Shown here piece by piece: positions 23,238-33,548 of a stretch of DNA of 64,000 nt (within the stretch, counting starts at the first letter, position 1; each line of letters opens with the position of its first letter). The DNA comes from Scleropages formosus (taxonomy: Eukaryota): the NCBI RefSeq assembly GCF_900964775.1, contig NC_041813.1, positions 31,928,960 through 31,992,959 on the forward strand. Direction: 5' to 3'. The notes beneath the pieces are model-generated. The model saw only the letters and a list, made by a program, of their open reading frames with translations. It made no database searches and was not told the DNA's origin. Position numbers and translations under genes: made by a program.

Positions 23238-23593
23238 CTGGGGATGTTTGGGTAAAGAACGTGAAACACGACTGCGGCACCAAACCATTTCGACTTCTAA
23301 CCGCTTTAAACCTAATGTAACAACTTGTCCCTAAAGTACTTTTAAATATTCTATTTCAGTTCTTGTGAAATTCTCTTGGTGGGCTACACACTTCAGCCGA
23401 TGACAGAAACATTCTCAACCCAAGAGCGCACAGGGCAGGTAGAATACCTGGGATACTTTGGTATGGATGGCAGATGCGGAACCTAGCATAAACTCAAAAA
23501 ACTGAGTACAAATAAGTAAAAAAATGTGAATTCTAACTCATATTTAACTCATAACTGGGTGTAATTATAAAACCTGCACTCTTGTCCAGGTAC

Positions 23594-23748
23594 CTTCTCA
23601 TTGTAGATCTCCAGGTAGGACATTCCTACACTGTACTCCCAGTCTTGTGACTCCTCCTCTCGCTCTCTCACCAGATGGAACACCTCTCTCACAGCCCGGG
23701 GAATGACCCCTGGCTGCTCTGAGCTGCCCAGCATTGTGTGCGTCTTCC
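23594..23748 (-). CDS. kif22: kif22 exon 3 ((G)[51 protein letters not shown])
   Basis: ORF 23549..23734. Carries the P-loop end GKTHTMLG. Acceptor ttcacag|GG and donor AAG|gtacct. Confidence 0.8.
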
Positions 23749-23907
23749 CTGTGAATTAAGGGAACTTATTGATGGCTGCAGCCACTGACCCTCTGTAGGA
23801 CATAACCTTCCAGCTGTTATTTTAAGAAACTTGAAAAATTACTCTCCATTGGACACCATCATTCCCTGTGCTGGGACAGACAAGGGATGCCAGGCCTGCT
23901 GCCGTAC

Positions 23908-24035
23908 CTGCTCCGGTGGGCCCATAAGCAAATATGCTAGCGTTCTGTCCATTTAGCAGATGAGGGAGGACGGGCTTCACAGAGGAAAGGAATACCTCCT
24001 GCTGACTCGTCTGCTCTCCGTAAAACACATCAAAC
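23908..24035 (-). CDS. kif22: kif22 exon 2 ([43 protein letters not shown])
   Basis: ORF 23822..24067. The P-loop start GPTGAG is split across the intron, as in other kinesins. Confidence 0.8.
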
Positions 24036-24358
24036 CTGGCACCGCAAAACACAAAACAACCCAACACATGCCATCACACACAGCCGGAAGCGAACTCACA
24101 AAAGTGCGCACACACGCAACCCAAATCATCAGAATTGTGAGGAGGATGAAAGAAAGAGCGAGGAACCAAGAGTGTGGTCTCTGCGCAGGTTCCAGCTGAA
24201 ACACAGATCCAACCCGAAGTTGCAGAGACACGTTTACTTTCAGCATCCGCTACCAAATCCTCACCTACCTCACTGAGGCAAGGACCTGTTATGATGCTTT
24301 TGGCAGGAAAGAGCAAGAGGGGGCACAGAGTTTAAAACAGCAGCGCGGTTACACTGAC

Positions 24359-24558
24359 TGGTAATGCAGGGTCTCCATGGCGTTCCTCCAATTGGTGATC
24401 TCCAGGCTCTGCGGTCCCAGGCCCCGGACGCACGGCCCCTCAGCCTTGTCATCGTGCGCCTCCATGTAGGGCCGCAGTCGCACGGCCACCCGCACCCGAG
24501 ACACTCGTCTTGATGCGCCTCCTGTAGCTGCGTCGTTCACAGCCACACGCTGGGCCAT
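24359..24558 (-). CDS. kif22: kif22 exon 1 ([67 protein letters not shown])
   Basis: ATG at 24558, from ORF 24349..24609. Donor TACCA|gtcagt. Aligns to human ...[11 protein letters not shown]...CVRG...LEIANWRN..ETLKYQ. Confidence 0.8.
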
Positions 24559-25842
24559 GTCTGGGGAAAGCAGAGGCACAAATGCACCGACTCTTTGTGA
24601 AACGAACAACTTCTAACTTAAGAAGTGTCCCCAACCTCTCGAACCCACAACCCATAGGCTGGGGTCCCGACTTGTGCTGTTTAAAAAATGGGCTTTATTC
24701 ATAATCTGTGAAGATATCATGTAAACCGCACGTCAATGAATGACGTCATTTAGTAAAGTAACAGCTTACTTAGTCTTCCAAGTACTTATAACATCAGTGA
24801 TAGAACTAAAATATAACCTGACGCGGCGATGCGCAAAACAAGTCAAACCGTGCAGTTAGTTAACACACACAGCTGAGCTAGCAAAAATAATATAATAATA
24901 ATTTACATAAGTAATATTTTTGCATAATAACACAGAAATGTCACACGCTTCCATTATTATTATAAGGAAAAAAAAAACTGAAAAGAGTCGTTTGAATATG
25001 AGTAGAGATACAAACATGCTTAACTTTTAGTTTTAATAACTCCGCGGAAGCCGCCGTGTGTGAAGCTCAGCTCAGCTGCTGGCGTTAAATCGCCTCCAAC
25101 GAGTCCGAGCTTCACGAAACGAGTCTCGAGTCGAGGAACGAAAAGAAGAGTACACTGCAGCTTTCACCTGCGGACGAAACACTTACCTCTCAATGATATT
25201 CACACTAACACAGTCAAAATTTTAAACGAATTTCATGGGGATTTATCCGCAGTATCTTCCACACGTATAACTTTTGCGGCAGAGAGCTCCGCGAGCGTAC
25301 GAACCGTTATCCAGGCGTCGCGCGACCACTTTCAAATGGCGGTATGAGAAACCGACCAATCAGAGCGCCTGACGTATATACGTCGCGACTGGACTTCCGG
25401 TGCCGACGCGACGCGACGCGTATGTCCGTGTCCATTCTTTTCGTGCTAAATGTGGAACAAGTAGAAACTTTAGTGTGAAGGGGAGCATTCGAGCGCTCGT
25501 TAGTATTCACAACAGTACTCTTTAAAGTATTGCTATGACTTAGGAATTGTAAACACAGGACGTTTGGCTGTATTGAAAATGGCGGGTTTCGGAACATGAA
25601 GCAGCCAGCTGTGTGTGTTGGGGGATCATGGGGGTGATTCTCTCTATAATTTAATTACAGCTGAACTACGTCTAGAAGAAAGAACTTCTCGTGAGAAGAA
25701 CGCTTAGTTTTCCGCTTGTTTTGCGTTCAGACTGGTCACCTGATTTCGTAACGTTTATTTAAGTACTTGTTTCTGTGCATCCCAGGTGAATGCCTCCACG
25801 AGTCTGTGTCTGACTGTTTGCTCTCTGTCTGGTCTCCAGGTG
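24559..25842. promoter_or_regulatory. Head-to-head bidirectional promoter region shared by kif22 (-) and pagr1 (+)
   Basis: 1.3 kb separates the two divergent start codons. A CCAAT box (gaccaatcag, about 25352-25361) sits next to CRE-like tgacgtat and a GC-rich segment at 25300-25440. Confidence 0.5.
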
Positions 25843-26032
25843 ATGCAGTTCGCAGAGGTCATCGACTCGTCCCTCAGAGAGGGCTTGGAGTCTCTGGGCA
25901 CTGGAGACAAAGAGGCATCGGATACTGTGACCGAAAGCAAGGAGGACACGGTAGAGAAAGACAGAGGAGATCTGTGTGAAGAAGAGGCCAAAGCCAAGGA
26001 GGAGGAAGCAGAGGCTGAGGACGACGAGAAAG
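25843..26032 (+). CDS. pagr1: pagr1 exon 1 (MQFAEVIDSSLREGLESLGTGDKEASDTVTESKEDTVEKDRGDLCEEEAKAKEEEAEAEDDEK)
   Basis: ORF 25786..26052. ATG at 25843. Donor AAAG|gtggtg. Acidic N-terminus as in PA1. An untranslated upstream exon is possible because ctccag| occurs at 25839. Confidence 0.65.
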
Positions 26033-26185
26033 GTGGTGTGTTTGTGAAATAGTGGACAAATGGGAATAAAAGAAGAGCTTTAAATCCCATTTGTCCACTA
26101 TTTCACTTGTAATACTCAGGATAGACTCATCCATGCTGTAGCAGATTTTTCCTCATACTGCTTTATTTCCCTTACTCTGATTTAG

Positions 26186-26486
26186 GCGTGGACAAGGAAG
26201 GCAGGGTGGCGGAGGACAGGCACGATGAAGAAATTAAGGAGGAAGGTACCAAGCAAGAGGAGCAAGAGTGGGAGGTTCCATACAGTGATGAAGAGATGGA
26301 GGATCCCAAAAACTGGACTCCACCACCAGCTGAGATCAAGCGCCTGTATGAGATCCTGGCAAAAGGGGAGACCCTGCAGCTTAACTGGGTCCCTCTTCCC
26401 CGCAGACCCCCCACCCCACAGTACACCCCCTCACCCGAGAGGGATGGGGCGGATTCCGAGGAGGAGCGAGAGGAGGAAAAGCACAA
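26186..26486 (+). CDS. pagr1: pagr1 exon 2 (...[70 protein letters not shown])
   Basis: ORF 26188..26490. Acceptor tttag|GC and donor CACAA|gtgagt. Aligns to human PAGR1 WCVPCSDEEVELP...[34 protein letters not shown]. Confidence 0.8.
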
Positions 26487-26769
26487 GTGAGTATCGGGTT
26501 TGGTTTGCCACATACTGCTGACACGTGCTCGTTTGGATATGGAAACTGTGGTGAATACACAGGGCCATTTGCCTCCGTGATGGAAGGCTTGTGCAGGACA
26601 GCAGCGTGACACCACAGCTCAGCTTTGATTCAAATGTCCACTGTGCAGAGGCCCGCTTTTGCATTGCACAAACCCGACGTATTCAAATGTCTTGATTTGC
26701 CTGGGGACTTGAGAGCGATGAAGGGAGACTGGGTGGTATGAGGGTAAAGGGTCAGAGAGGATGTTGGGA

Positions 26770-26975
26770 CAACACATCTAGTAGGGTAGTGATTAGAGCT
26801 ACTGCCTTTGGACCCAAAGGCTGCAGGTTTAACCCCCACCTCCAGTTGTAGTAACCTAGAGCAAGGTACTTACCCAAAATTTGCTCCAGTGAAATCACCC
26901 AGTTGTATAAATGGGTAAATAACTAAGTACCTTAATACTGTGAGTCGCTTTGGAGAAGAGTGTCAGCTAAGTGAA
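26770..26975 (+). mobile_element. SINE family 2 copy in pagr1 intron 2
   Basis: AGTAGGGTAGTGATTAGAGCTACTGCCTTTGGACCCAAAGG...GTCGCTTTGGAGAAGAGTGTCAGCTAAGTGAATATGTAA, similar to the 34452-34615 copy. Confidence 0.6.
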
Positions 26976-27048
26976 TATGTAAGCAGCTTATTTCAAACTG
27001 TTTCTCTGGCTTTTTGGCTTCTCACTGCCACTCTGCTGTGTTGTGCAG

Positions 27049-27137
27049 TACCCCCACCCCTACGGAGTTCGACTTTGATGACGAGCCCGTGCTTGCTGCA
27101 CCCAAAAACACGTACATTAATCGCCGTAGGACACCAG
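27049..27137 (+). CDS. pagr1: pagr1 exon 3 ((N)[29 protein letters not shown](G))
   Basis: Acceptor ttgtgcag|T and donor CCAG|gtatgc. Matches human [26 protein letters not shown]. Confidence 0.8.
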
Positions 27138-27245
27138 GTATGCTTTTGACACCACAACTGGTCCTATTTTTGTCCAGTGCAGTTCATTTTCAGACCAGTG
27201 CTCACATACAGACCACATGTTCACCTGCTCTCCCTTGTGGCCCAG

Positions 27246-27487
27246 GGTCCTCGGGCCGGCCTGCCGTGCGCAGGGAGGCCAGACTGGACAAGGTGCTCTC
27301 AGACATGAAGCGGCACCGCAAGATTGAAGAACAAATCCTGAGGACCGGCCGCGACCTCTTCAAGAGCGAAAGGCCCAGAGATGGAGAGGAGGTGCTCTCT
27401 CCCACGTCCCAGAAGGAGCGCGAGAAGGAAAGGGAGAGGGACAGTGACCCCAGCACCATCTTCTCCCCCAGACAAAGGCGCTACTGA
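27246..27487 (+). CDS. pagr1: pagr1 exon 4 ([43 protein letters not shown]...IFSPRQRRY*), stop 27485-27487
   Basis: ORF 27014..27487 frame. Matches human ...[30 protein letters not shown]...FPRQRKY. The four exons total 822 nt, which is in frame. Confidence 0.85.
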
Positions 27488-28478
27488 GCGCTGTGTGAGG
27501 CCGCTGGTCTGACCTGACGTCTTTGCGAGGGCGCTGCAGCTGAGAAGTGAAATGGACCCAAAACTCTGCAGGAAGGGGTGCCCCCACCTTCACCCATAGC
27601 AGATGTTATGAGGCGGCTACAAGAGTTTATCTTGCAAATGGTTCGTCCCTGCAGCAGACACATATGCAAACATCAGCACATTAATTTGTATGGCTCAGAA
27701 TCAGCTGCTTACTCTAGTCTGGAGGTAAATAAAATCTGATTCTGCCTCATTGTTTTTCAGCATGTAATCTGTGTAAGAAAGCGTCAACAGCCGAGTGTTG
27801 TTTTCTGCTGTTTCAGCCACCTCAGCTTGTACTTTTATACTTGTGAATAATTTATTTTTGTACAACTGTTTTCCTTTATTGTTGCTGTAATAAATTTATT
27901 TTGACATCACACAGCTGTTGGCAGACCTTTCAGCCTCTACATTGTGGGTGTTGCTTGATTTGGGTGTACAATGTACCTTAAGTATGAAATGTTAAAATGG
28001 AGCAGTAAGGCTGTGCAGATCATGCGATTTACTGAAAAGTCAAATCCTTGAACTAAAAGCACACATCTTTCTATGTAAATGAGAAAGATACAAATGCGAA
28101 GAGTACTGTGAGAGAGTGGGAATGTCGCTCCAGTGATCAGAGCTGTGACTTTCCACACACTCGGTGTGTTTAACATTTCACCTTGAGCGCAGGGTAGAAT
28201 TACAGGACAGTACGCTCGCCCACCCACACACACACACAGGAAATCCGACCAAGGTCATTTAATTAGACACAGCAGAACACACATGGACTGTGCTCCCCTC
28301 CTCCCCGCTGTCTCCCTATTCCGACTGCTGCGCTGCAATGTCATGTACGGTTTTTAGGAGTGCACAATGGTAAACAATCACTTAAAGGCATGGTTTGCAT
28401 TTGTTTTCCTTTGATCTCCCCCCCAACACATTCTTTCAGCAGGGAGTCTGAACATCATTCACACATTATACTGCCCGC

Positions 28479-28598
28479 TCAGTCTGCTTTGCCCTGCAGG
28501 TTACCCAGCAGCCCGTTGGCTGTGTTGAAAAGGTTGATGGGAGATGTCCCATCCGTGATCAGGGTGCACTTGAGACCCAGGGACTGCAGGAGCTTCAC
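28479..28598 (-). CDS. mvp: mvp exon 16 ([39 protein letters not shown]), stop 28479-28481
   Basis: Acceptor cccacag|GTG. Matches human [32 protein letters not shown]. Confidence 0.8.
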   Translation of the reverse strand: MKLLQSLGLKCTLITDGTSPINLFNTANGLLGNLQGKAD

Positions 28599-29069
28599 CT
28601 GTGGGAGAACACACATTTATTTACATTTACATTTGTTTAGCAGACCAAAGCTACTTCCAATGAATCCTATGTAGTGTTATCAGCCCACACACCTTATTCA
28701 CCACGGTGACTTACACTGCTAGAGACCCTACTTACACTGGGTCACTCATCCATACATCACTGGAACACACACACACTCTTTGTTACTCACATACTATGGG
28801 TGAACGTGAACAGCAGGTCTTTAGACTGTGGGAAGAAACGGGAGGACCCAGAGGAAACCCACGCAGAGACAGGGAGAACATGCGAACTCCACAAAAACTG
28901 AGCGGTGATGGAACCCATGTCCTTTCGCACCACCCAGGCGCTGTGAGACAGCAGTGCTACTCGCTGTGCCACTGTGCCACCCCACACTCGGAGAAAGTTT
29001 AAACAGCAGACACACGGGTGTGCCGAGAGACATAGTGACAAGTGTGTTGTCCCTGCCTGTCCCTGTTAC

Positions 29070-29258
29070 CTGCAGCTCGGGCCCCGCCCTCGCCATCTCC
29101 TTCAGGGTCTCGGCCCCCAGGCTCGCCACCATCTCCTTGAAGCGTTGCACCTCGATCTGCGCCAACTTCTGCTGTTTCTCCACCTCGAGCCGGTTCATCT
29201 CCTGCTTGTAGCCGACCTCCTGCTCCCGTGCCTTGGCCAAACGTGTGAGTTCTGCTTC
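29070..29258 (-). CDS. mvp: mvp exon 15 (EAELTRLAKAREQEVGYKQEMNRLEVEKQQKLAQIEVQRFKEMVASLGAETLKEMARAGPELQ)
   Basis: ORF 28821..29240 extended to acceptor ccccag|GAA. Donor CAG|gtaaca. Confidence 0.75.
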
Positions 29259-29370
29259 CTGGGGAGGGATGGGGGAGAACGGGTGTCAAGCCATCTTTGC
29301 AGGCCCCTCAAAAGGCAGGGAGTGTACATTACATGGAAATACTCCAAGGAGTAGTGGGGGGGCAACACAC

Positions 29371-29497
29371 CGCGTCTATCCGCAGAGCCTCGGCTTTCAG
29401 CTTAGCCTCGTTTACAGCCGCCTCGCCCTGGATGCGGGCTGCCTCGGCCCGGGACTGTGCCTCCGCCTTGGCTGCTCCGGTGCTCTCCACAGCAGCG
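29371..29497 (-). CDS. mvp: mvp exon 14 ((S)[42 protein letters not shown])
   Basis: ORF 29329..29532. Acceptor gctag|C and donor GCG|gtgtgt. Matches human [40 protein letters not shown]. Confidence 0.75.
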
Positions 29498-29599
29498 CTA
29501 GCACACACACACACACACACACAGTAGGACACAGCTCCCCCAGCTGCTCATAGACTGAATTGGGTCCGAAAATGCTAAGCTGTGCTAACCCTGCACTAC

Positions 29600-29716
29600 C
29601 TGAGGGCCTCCAGCTCCAGCAGCTCTTTGCGGGCTTTCTCTGCCTCAGCCTGGTCCATGATCCTCTGTCTCTCCAGGCGGCCCTTGGCCTCCTGTTCCAG
29701 CCGCTCAGCCTCGTGG
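29600..29716 (-). CDS. mvp: mvp exon 13 ((R)[38 protein letters not shown])
   Basis: Acceptor ctctgcag|C and donor CTCAG|gtagtg. Coordinates come from the antisense ORF 29560..29976 as anchor. Confidence 0.65.
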
Positions 29717-30075
29717 CTGCAGAGAGGGAGTACGTGAGTGCGGATCATAAACCCCCAGTCCTGTTCAAGCATCTGAGGAAGGGTACAGGACAGGGGAAGG
29801 AGGGGAGCGAGAGGGCAAGAGAGAGAGCAACACAGAGCACTCTGTGGTTTCCCTGTCTCTCACCCCAAGCAGAGGGGTGGCCAGTGGTGAGCAGCAGCCT
29901 AGCAGAAGCCAGGACACCAATGTTAGGTTTGCAGGGAATTATTTTGCGCACGCAGCTGAAGCAGTTAGGGGGCTGATGGAAGGAGGTAAGGAAATGAGTC
30001 ATGGGTGACACTGGGGGTCTTTGAAGGCCACAGGAAGCGAGTTTGTCAGCCATAGGACAAGAAGGAAGGTCTCAC

Positions 30076-30287
30076 CGAGCAGCTGCCTCCTGCGAGTTGG
30101 TGGTGATCTCGATGGCCAGCTGCACGCTCTTCTGCAGCGCGTCACGTGTCCTCTGGTCCACGGGCTCCACGGACTGGATGTCCACACTACTGATGACCAG
30201 GCCGTTCTGGTCGAAGCGCAGGTTGGACCGCACAGCCAGCTTCTCGTCGAACCCGAACACGGCCGAGCAGATTATCCGGTTTGAGTT
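30076..30287 (-). CDS. mvp: mvp exon 12 ([70 protein letters not shown](R))
   Basis: ORF 30072..30260 extended to acceptor cccccag|AAC. Donor CTCG|gtgaga. Confidence 0.75.
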
Positions 30288-30478
30288 CTGGGGGAGAAGG
30301 GGTCAAACAGAGCACACACATCAAGCTTCAAAAAGTATCCAGCTGCCTAAGTGGGCAAACACAACAGCAGGCATCGCTTCACAACCCAGAGCATTTCAAT
30401 ATCATCCAGAACCCCGTTTCGTCACACACAGAGGGAGCGATTGAGGAGAGCGAGCACGACAAGCTGATGGGGAGGCAC

Positions 30479-30623
30479 CTTGTGGAAGTCGTCAAACTGC
30501 ACGGATGCCACGGCACCGCGGATCCTGGAGGCGATGGCCTTGCAGGCGTCGCCCACAAAGTCCGGCACAGAGAAGAGCGCGGCCGCCTGGATCGGGTCCG
30601 AGCGGGACTTCATGTCAAAGTGC
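30479..30623 (-). CDS. mvp: mvp exon 11 ((W)[48 protein letters not shown])
   Basis: Acceptor ccgcccag|G and donor AAG|gtgcct. Matches human [48 protein letters not shown]. Confidence 0.75.
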
Positions 30624-30713
30624 CTGGGCGGGTGGGGGTGGACACCAACAGTCATTACAGGGTGCCAGGAGGCAGCCACATGATTTGAATTTGAGCCCAT
30701 GGGACGATTGTAC

Positions 30714-30911
30714 CAGTTGTAAGAGAGCTGCAGCTGTAGGCGGGCGTGATCAGCCGTCTCGATGGTGATGATGTCGGTGCAGAAGTCGGGCCCCAGCAGC
30801 AGGCAAATGGTCTTGATGATGTTGGCGCGTTTTGGCTTGTCCCCGGACAGCGAGAGGATGGTGAACTGCTCGTCCGGACCCAGCATGACGAGCTCAGGGC
30901 CAAAGAGCACC
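30714..30911 (-). CDS. mvp: mvp exon 10 ((R)[65 protein letters not shown](W))
   Basis: ORF 30422..30949. Acceptor ccttcag|G and donor AACTG|gtacaa. The next intron (90 nt) is open in frame; see findings. Confidence 0.7.
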
Positions 30912-31025
30912 CTGAAGGGGTCACAGACAGATGTTTCATGGTGGGCCATGAACTGCAGCTAAGGTGGGGTGTTAAAGACGAGGTGCTGAGATGCACCACA
31001 AAGACGGAGGGAGACAGTGCATCAC

Positions 31026-31270
31026 CTGGCCTTCTTCTCTCGGTAGTCGTACACCTGCACTGCAGCGTTGTGGGGGACCCTGTAGGTCACCACCTGCGTC
31101 TTGTCCCTCTCCCTCCTCTCCTGCTCGTCCCTGTCCCTGTCCCTTTGCGAGCGGTCAGCCAGGGGGTCTCGCATGGACGCCAGGAGCTTTTCCACATTGG
31201 GGGGTAGCTCCTTTTCCCACAGTTCCTCGTCTTGCGTCAGCATGTAGGTGTGGCCAATGACAGCGCGTAC
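31026..31270 (-). CDS. mvp: mvp exon 9 ([81 protein letters not shown](R))
   Basis: ORF 31022..31243 extended to acceptor ttttccag|GTA. Donor GCCAG|gtgatg. Confidence 0.75.
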
Positions 31271-31352
31271 CTGGAAAACGCTCGATCAGCTGCATGCAGT
31301 CACGTTTTCTTTGTACTTCCTGCCACTCTGTCTGGTTTCCCTCCCATCTTAC

Positions 31353-31583
31353 CTTCCCTGTCCTCATGTCTCTCACGTAGATTCCTTCATTTTCATCAAG
31401 CGGGATGGCATTTCGTCGCACCAACACCTCCACCGTAACTGGGGGCACGTATTCAACCGGTCCACGCAGCATCCAGCGGTCGCCTGGGTGACGGAGCACC
31501 CCTCCCCTTTTTCTGCTGTACCTCCTCTGCAGTCCCTCAGTGTCTTCCTCAGTGTCATCGTCACAGTCATCCTTAGGGTCATG
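31353..31583 (-). CDS. mvp: mvp exon 8 ([77 protein letters not shown])
   Basis: ORF 31155..31499 plus an upstream frame. Acceptor cttag|C and donor AAG|gtaaga. 231 nt, 77 codons. Matches human ...[42 protein letters not shown]. Confidence 0.75.
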
Positions 31584-31770
31584 CTAAGACGGAGAGTGAG
31601 GAAACACACTGAACGGGCAACCAGGACAAGTCACAACAAGGAACACCTTTTCTCCATTTTCTCCATTTTCTTCCCCTCACTGCCCTGTCACACCAACTCC
31701 CTCCTCGACTTGGTCTGACCTTTATTTCCCTTTCCAAGTAATCTCCTTCCTCCCCTCCTCTTCCTCTTAC

Positions 31771-31896
31771 CACATCGGTGTCGATGAAAGCCTCCACAGC
31801 TCGGAGCACCAGCCCCTCCTCCTCAGAGAGGACGTACACATCCTGGATGCCCTGCTCCAGATGCTCTCCAGGTTGCAGGAAGAAGGACTTCTCGCC
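31771..31896 (-). CDS. mvp: mvp exon 7 ([42 protein letters not shown])
   Basis: ORF 31579..31965. Acceptor ccctttcag|GGC and donor GTG|gtaaga. Confidence 0.75.
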
Positions 31897-31979
31897 CTGA
31901 AAGGGACATGGGTTGGGATCGATCACAAGACAACACTGTATTGGTGAAGTGGGAAAGAGGCACAAGGTGACTGCCGTAC

Positions 31980-32216
31980 CTTCACCACCCTCCTCTGGCC
32001 CAGCTGAGGCTTGCCGTCGGGGCCGACCGGGTCCAGGATCACGCAGTACTGGCGGCTGCTCAGTGTGGTCACGTCCACGACGCCCACCACCTCCTCAGCC
32101 ACTGAGGGAATGTGAGCTTCGCGATCAGCCAAAGTCACGAGCCACTCCTCACCCGTGCGCCGGTCTCGGCTGCCCGCATCACGGAAGGGACACAGGGCAC
32201 GCACGTGCAGGGCTTT
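31980..32216 (-). CDS. mvp: mvp exon 6 ([79 protein letters not shown])
   Basis: ORF 31923..32204 extended. Acceptor ttttgcacag|AAA and donor AAG|gtacgg. Confidence 0.8.
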
Positions 32217-32332
32217 CTGTGCAAAAGTACGAGCGCAAGTTCACACAACGAGCACACAGTTTGTCCCCTCAGCAGGTCCGCCTGCAAGCGGACGATACGA
32301 ACACAAGGCAGAGGCGGCAGGGGCAGCGCTAC

Positions 32333-32427
32333 CTTGTCGGTGAGAATGAAGGCGTTGACTATGTCGACGACCTCCTCGTAGACCCCGGGCAGGTAGGCGC
32401 CCACCTTGCTCACCAGCCATTCTTCCC
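32333..32427 (-). CDS. mvp: mvp exon 5 ((G)[31 protein letters not shown])
   Basis: ORF 32135..32446. Acceptor ctcgcag|GG and donor AAG|gtagcg. Confidence 0.8.
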
Positions 32428-32514
32428 CTGCGAGACACAGCAGCACAAGACGTTATTCAGCGCACGCACTCTCCGAGAAGAGCAGCTAAAACTGTGGCTC
32501 GGTCGCCCTCGCAC

Positions 32515-32646
32515 CGGTGACCCTGCGAACTGCACTCCTGTCCAGCCCCTCCTTGCGGGCACGCAGGCGAATGGCCTGGTTCTCCTGGATCACCGTGGCT
32601 TTCACTGTCTCCAGCACCACCACCTCCTTCCTGGGGATGTAAGTCC
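32515..32646 (-). CDS. mvp: mvp exon 4 ((G)[43 protein letters not shown](G))
   Basis: Acceptor tccag|GG and donor ACCG|gtgcga, anchored through the offset ORF 32457..32762. Confidence 0.7.
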
Positions 32647-32845
32647 CTGGAAGATGTTTTTACAGCACAACACTGATATTTAATGGCAAGTGATTCTTCC
32701 ACAGACACATAATAATAATGACCCCCCCCCCACAAAATCACACACACACACTGCTCCGCCATAACACTACAGGCAAATCACACACTTACCCTCAGATGCC
32801 AACCGCTCTTTTACCGCAACATGTCATCCTGGCAACCCAACTCAC

Positions 32846-32969
32846 CTGGGCCTTCAAAGAGCCACTCGTCCCCGGCCAGTCTCTTCTCCCCCCCCTCCTC
32901 CTCAAAGTCCAGCAGAGCCTGGAGCCGCAGGGCCGTGTTGGGGTACACGATCTGCAGGGTCGCCACGTC
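32846..32969 (-). CDS. mvp: mvp exon 3 ([41 protein letters not shown](G))
   Basis: ORF 32811..33008. Acceptor ctgcag|GAC and donor CCAG|gtgagt. Matches human [34 protein letters not shown]. Confidence 0.8.
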
Positions 32970-33061
32970 CTGCAGGCCACGCACAGTACAGAGGTTACAC
33001 GCGTTCACACGGGGGCTACGGGAACCCTGAGCAACGCCGGAAGAGGCCGAGCAGGACCAAC

Positions 33062-33257
33062 CTGCTGGATCTCCTCCCCCGGGTACAGGGGGAAAGGGTC
33101 CTGTGTGAGCCGGATCTCCAGGTCAGCGTGCCGCAGCTTGTACTGGCCCAGCTGGTCAAACTGTACCCGGCCCTCGTCGTCACGGCACACGGGGTTCAGC
33201 ACCACGCAGTAGTGACGTGGCGGCACCATGATCATGCGCACAGGGGCAAACAGCACT
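33062..33257 (-). CDS. mvp: mvp exon 2 ((R)[65 protein letters not shown])
   Basis: ORF 33005..33295. Acceptor cgtcag|A and donor CAG|gttggt. Confidence 0.8.
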
Positions 33258-33378
33258 CTGACGTGCGGATGTGAGGATGGGTCAAACACAAGCATTACAC
33301 CTCACGGGACATTCTGAATACCACACAGCACTGTGAATACACTCGGTGACAACAGATGAGTGGCTTGTGCCCTCTGAC

Positions 33379-33548
33379 CTCTCGTTGTCCTGACGGATGT
33401 AGGTGCGAGGACCGAGCTCCACTCTGGTGATATTGGTGTTCTGGTCCAGGACGTGAATGTAGTGATGCGGGGGGATGCGAATGATGGACTCCTCCACAAC
33501 GGCACCCCCTCCGGGCATCCGTCGACCTCCGTGGTTCTGCGCTGACAT
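33379..33548 (-). CDS. mvp: mvp exon 1 ([56 protein letters not shown](R))
   Basis: ORF 33282..33728. First ATG at 33548 and a second in-frame ATG at 33518. Donor GAGAG|gtcaga. The 16 exons sum to 2664 nt (887 aa, against 893 aa in human MVP). Confidence 0.8.

Noticed and set aside
30624-30713. Treating [30 protein letters not shown] as constitutive mvp coding sequence (as in ORF 30422..30949)
   Set aside because: Human MVP is contiguous across this point (AYNW-HFEV). GT/AG sites flank the 90-nt segment, so it is an in-frame intron. It is kept only as a possible retention isoform in findings.
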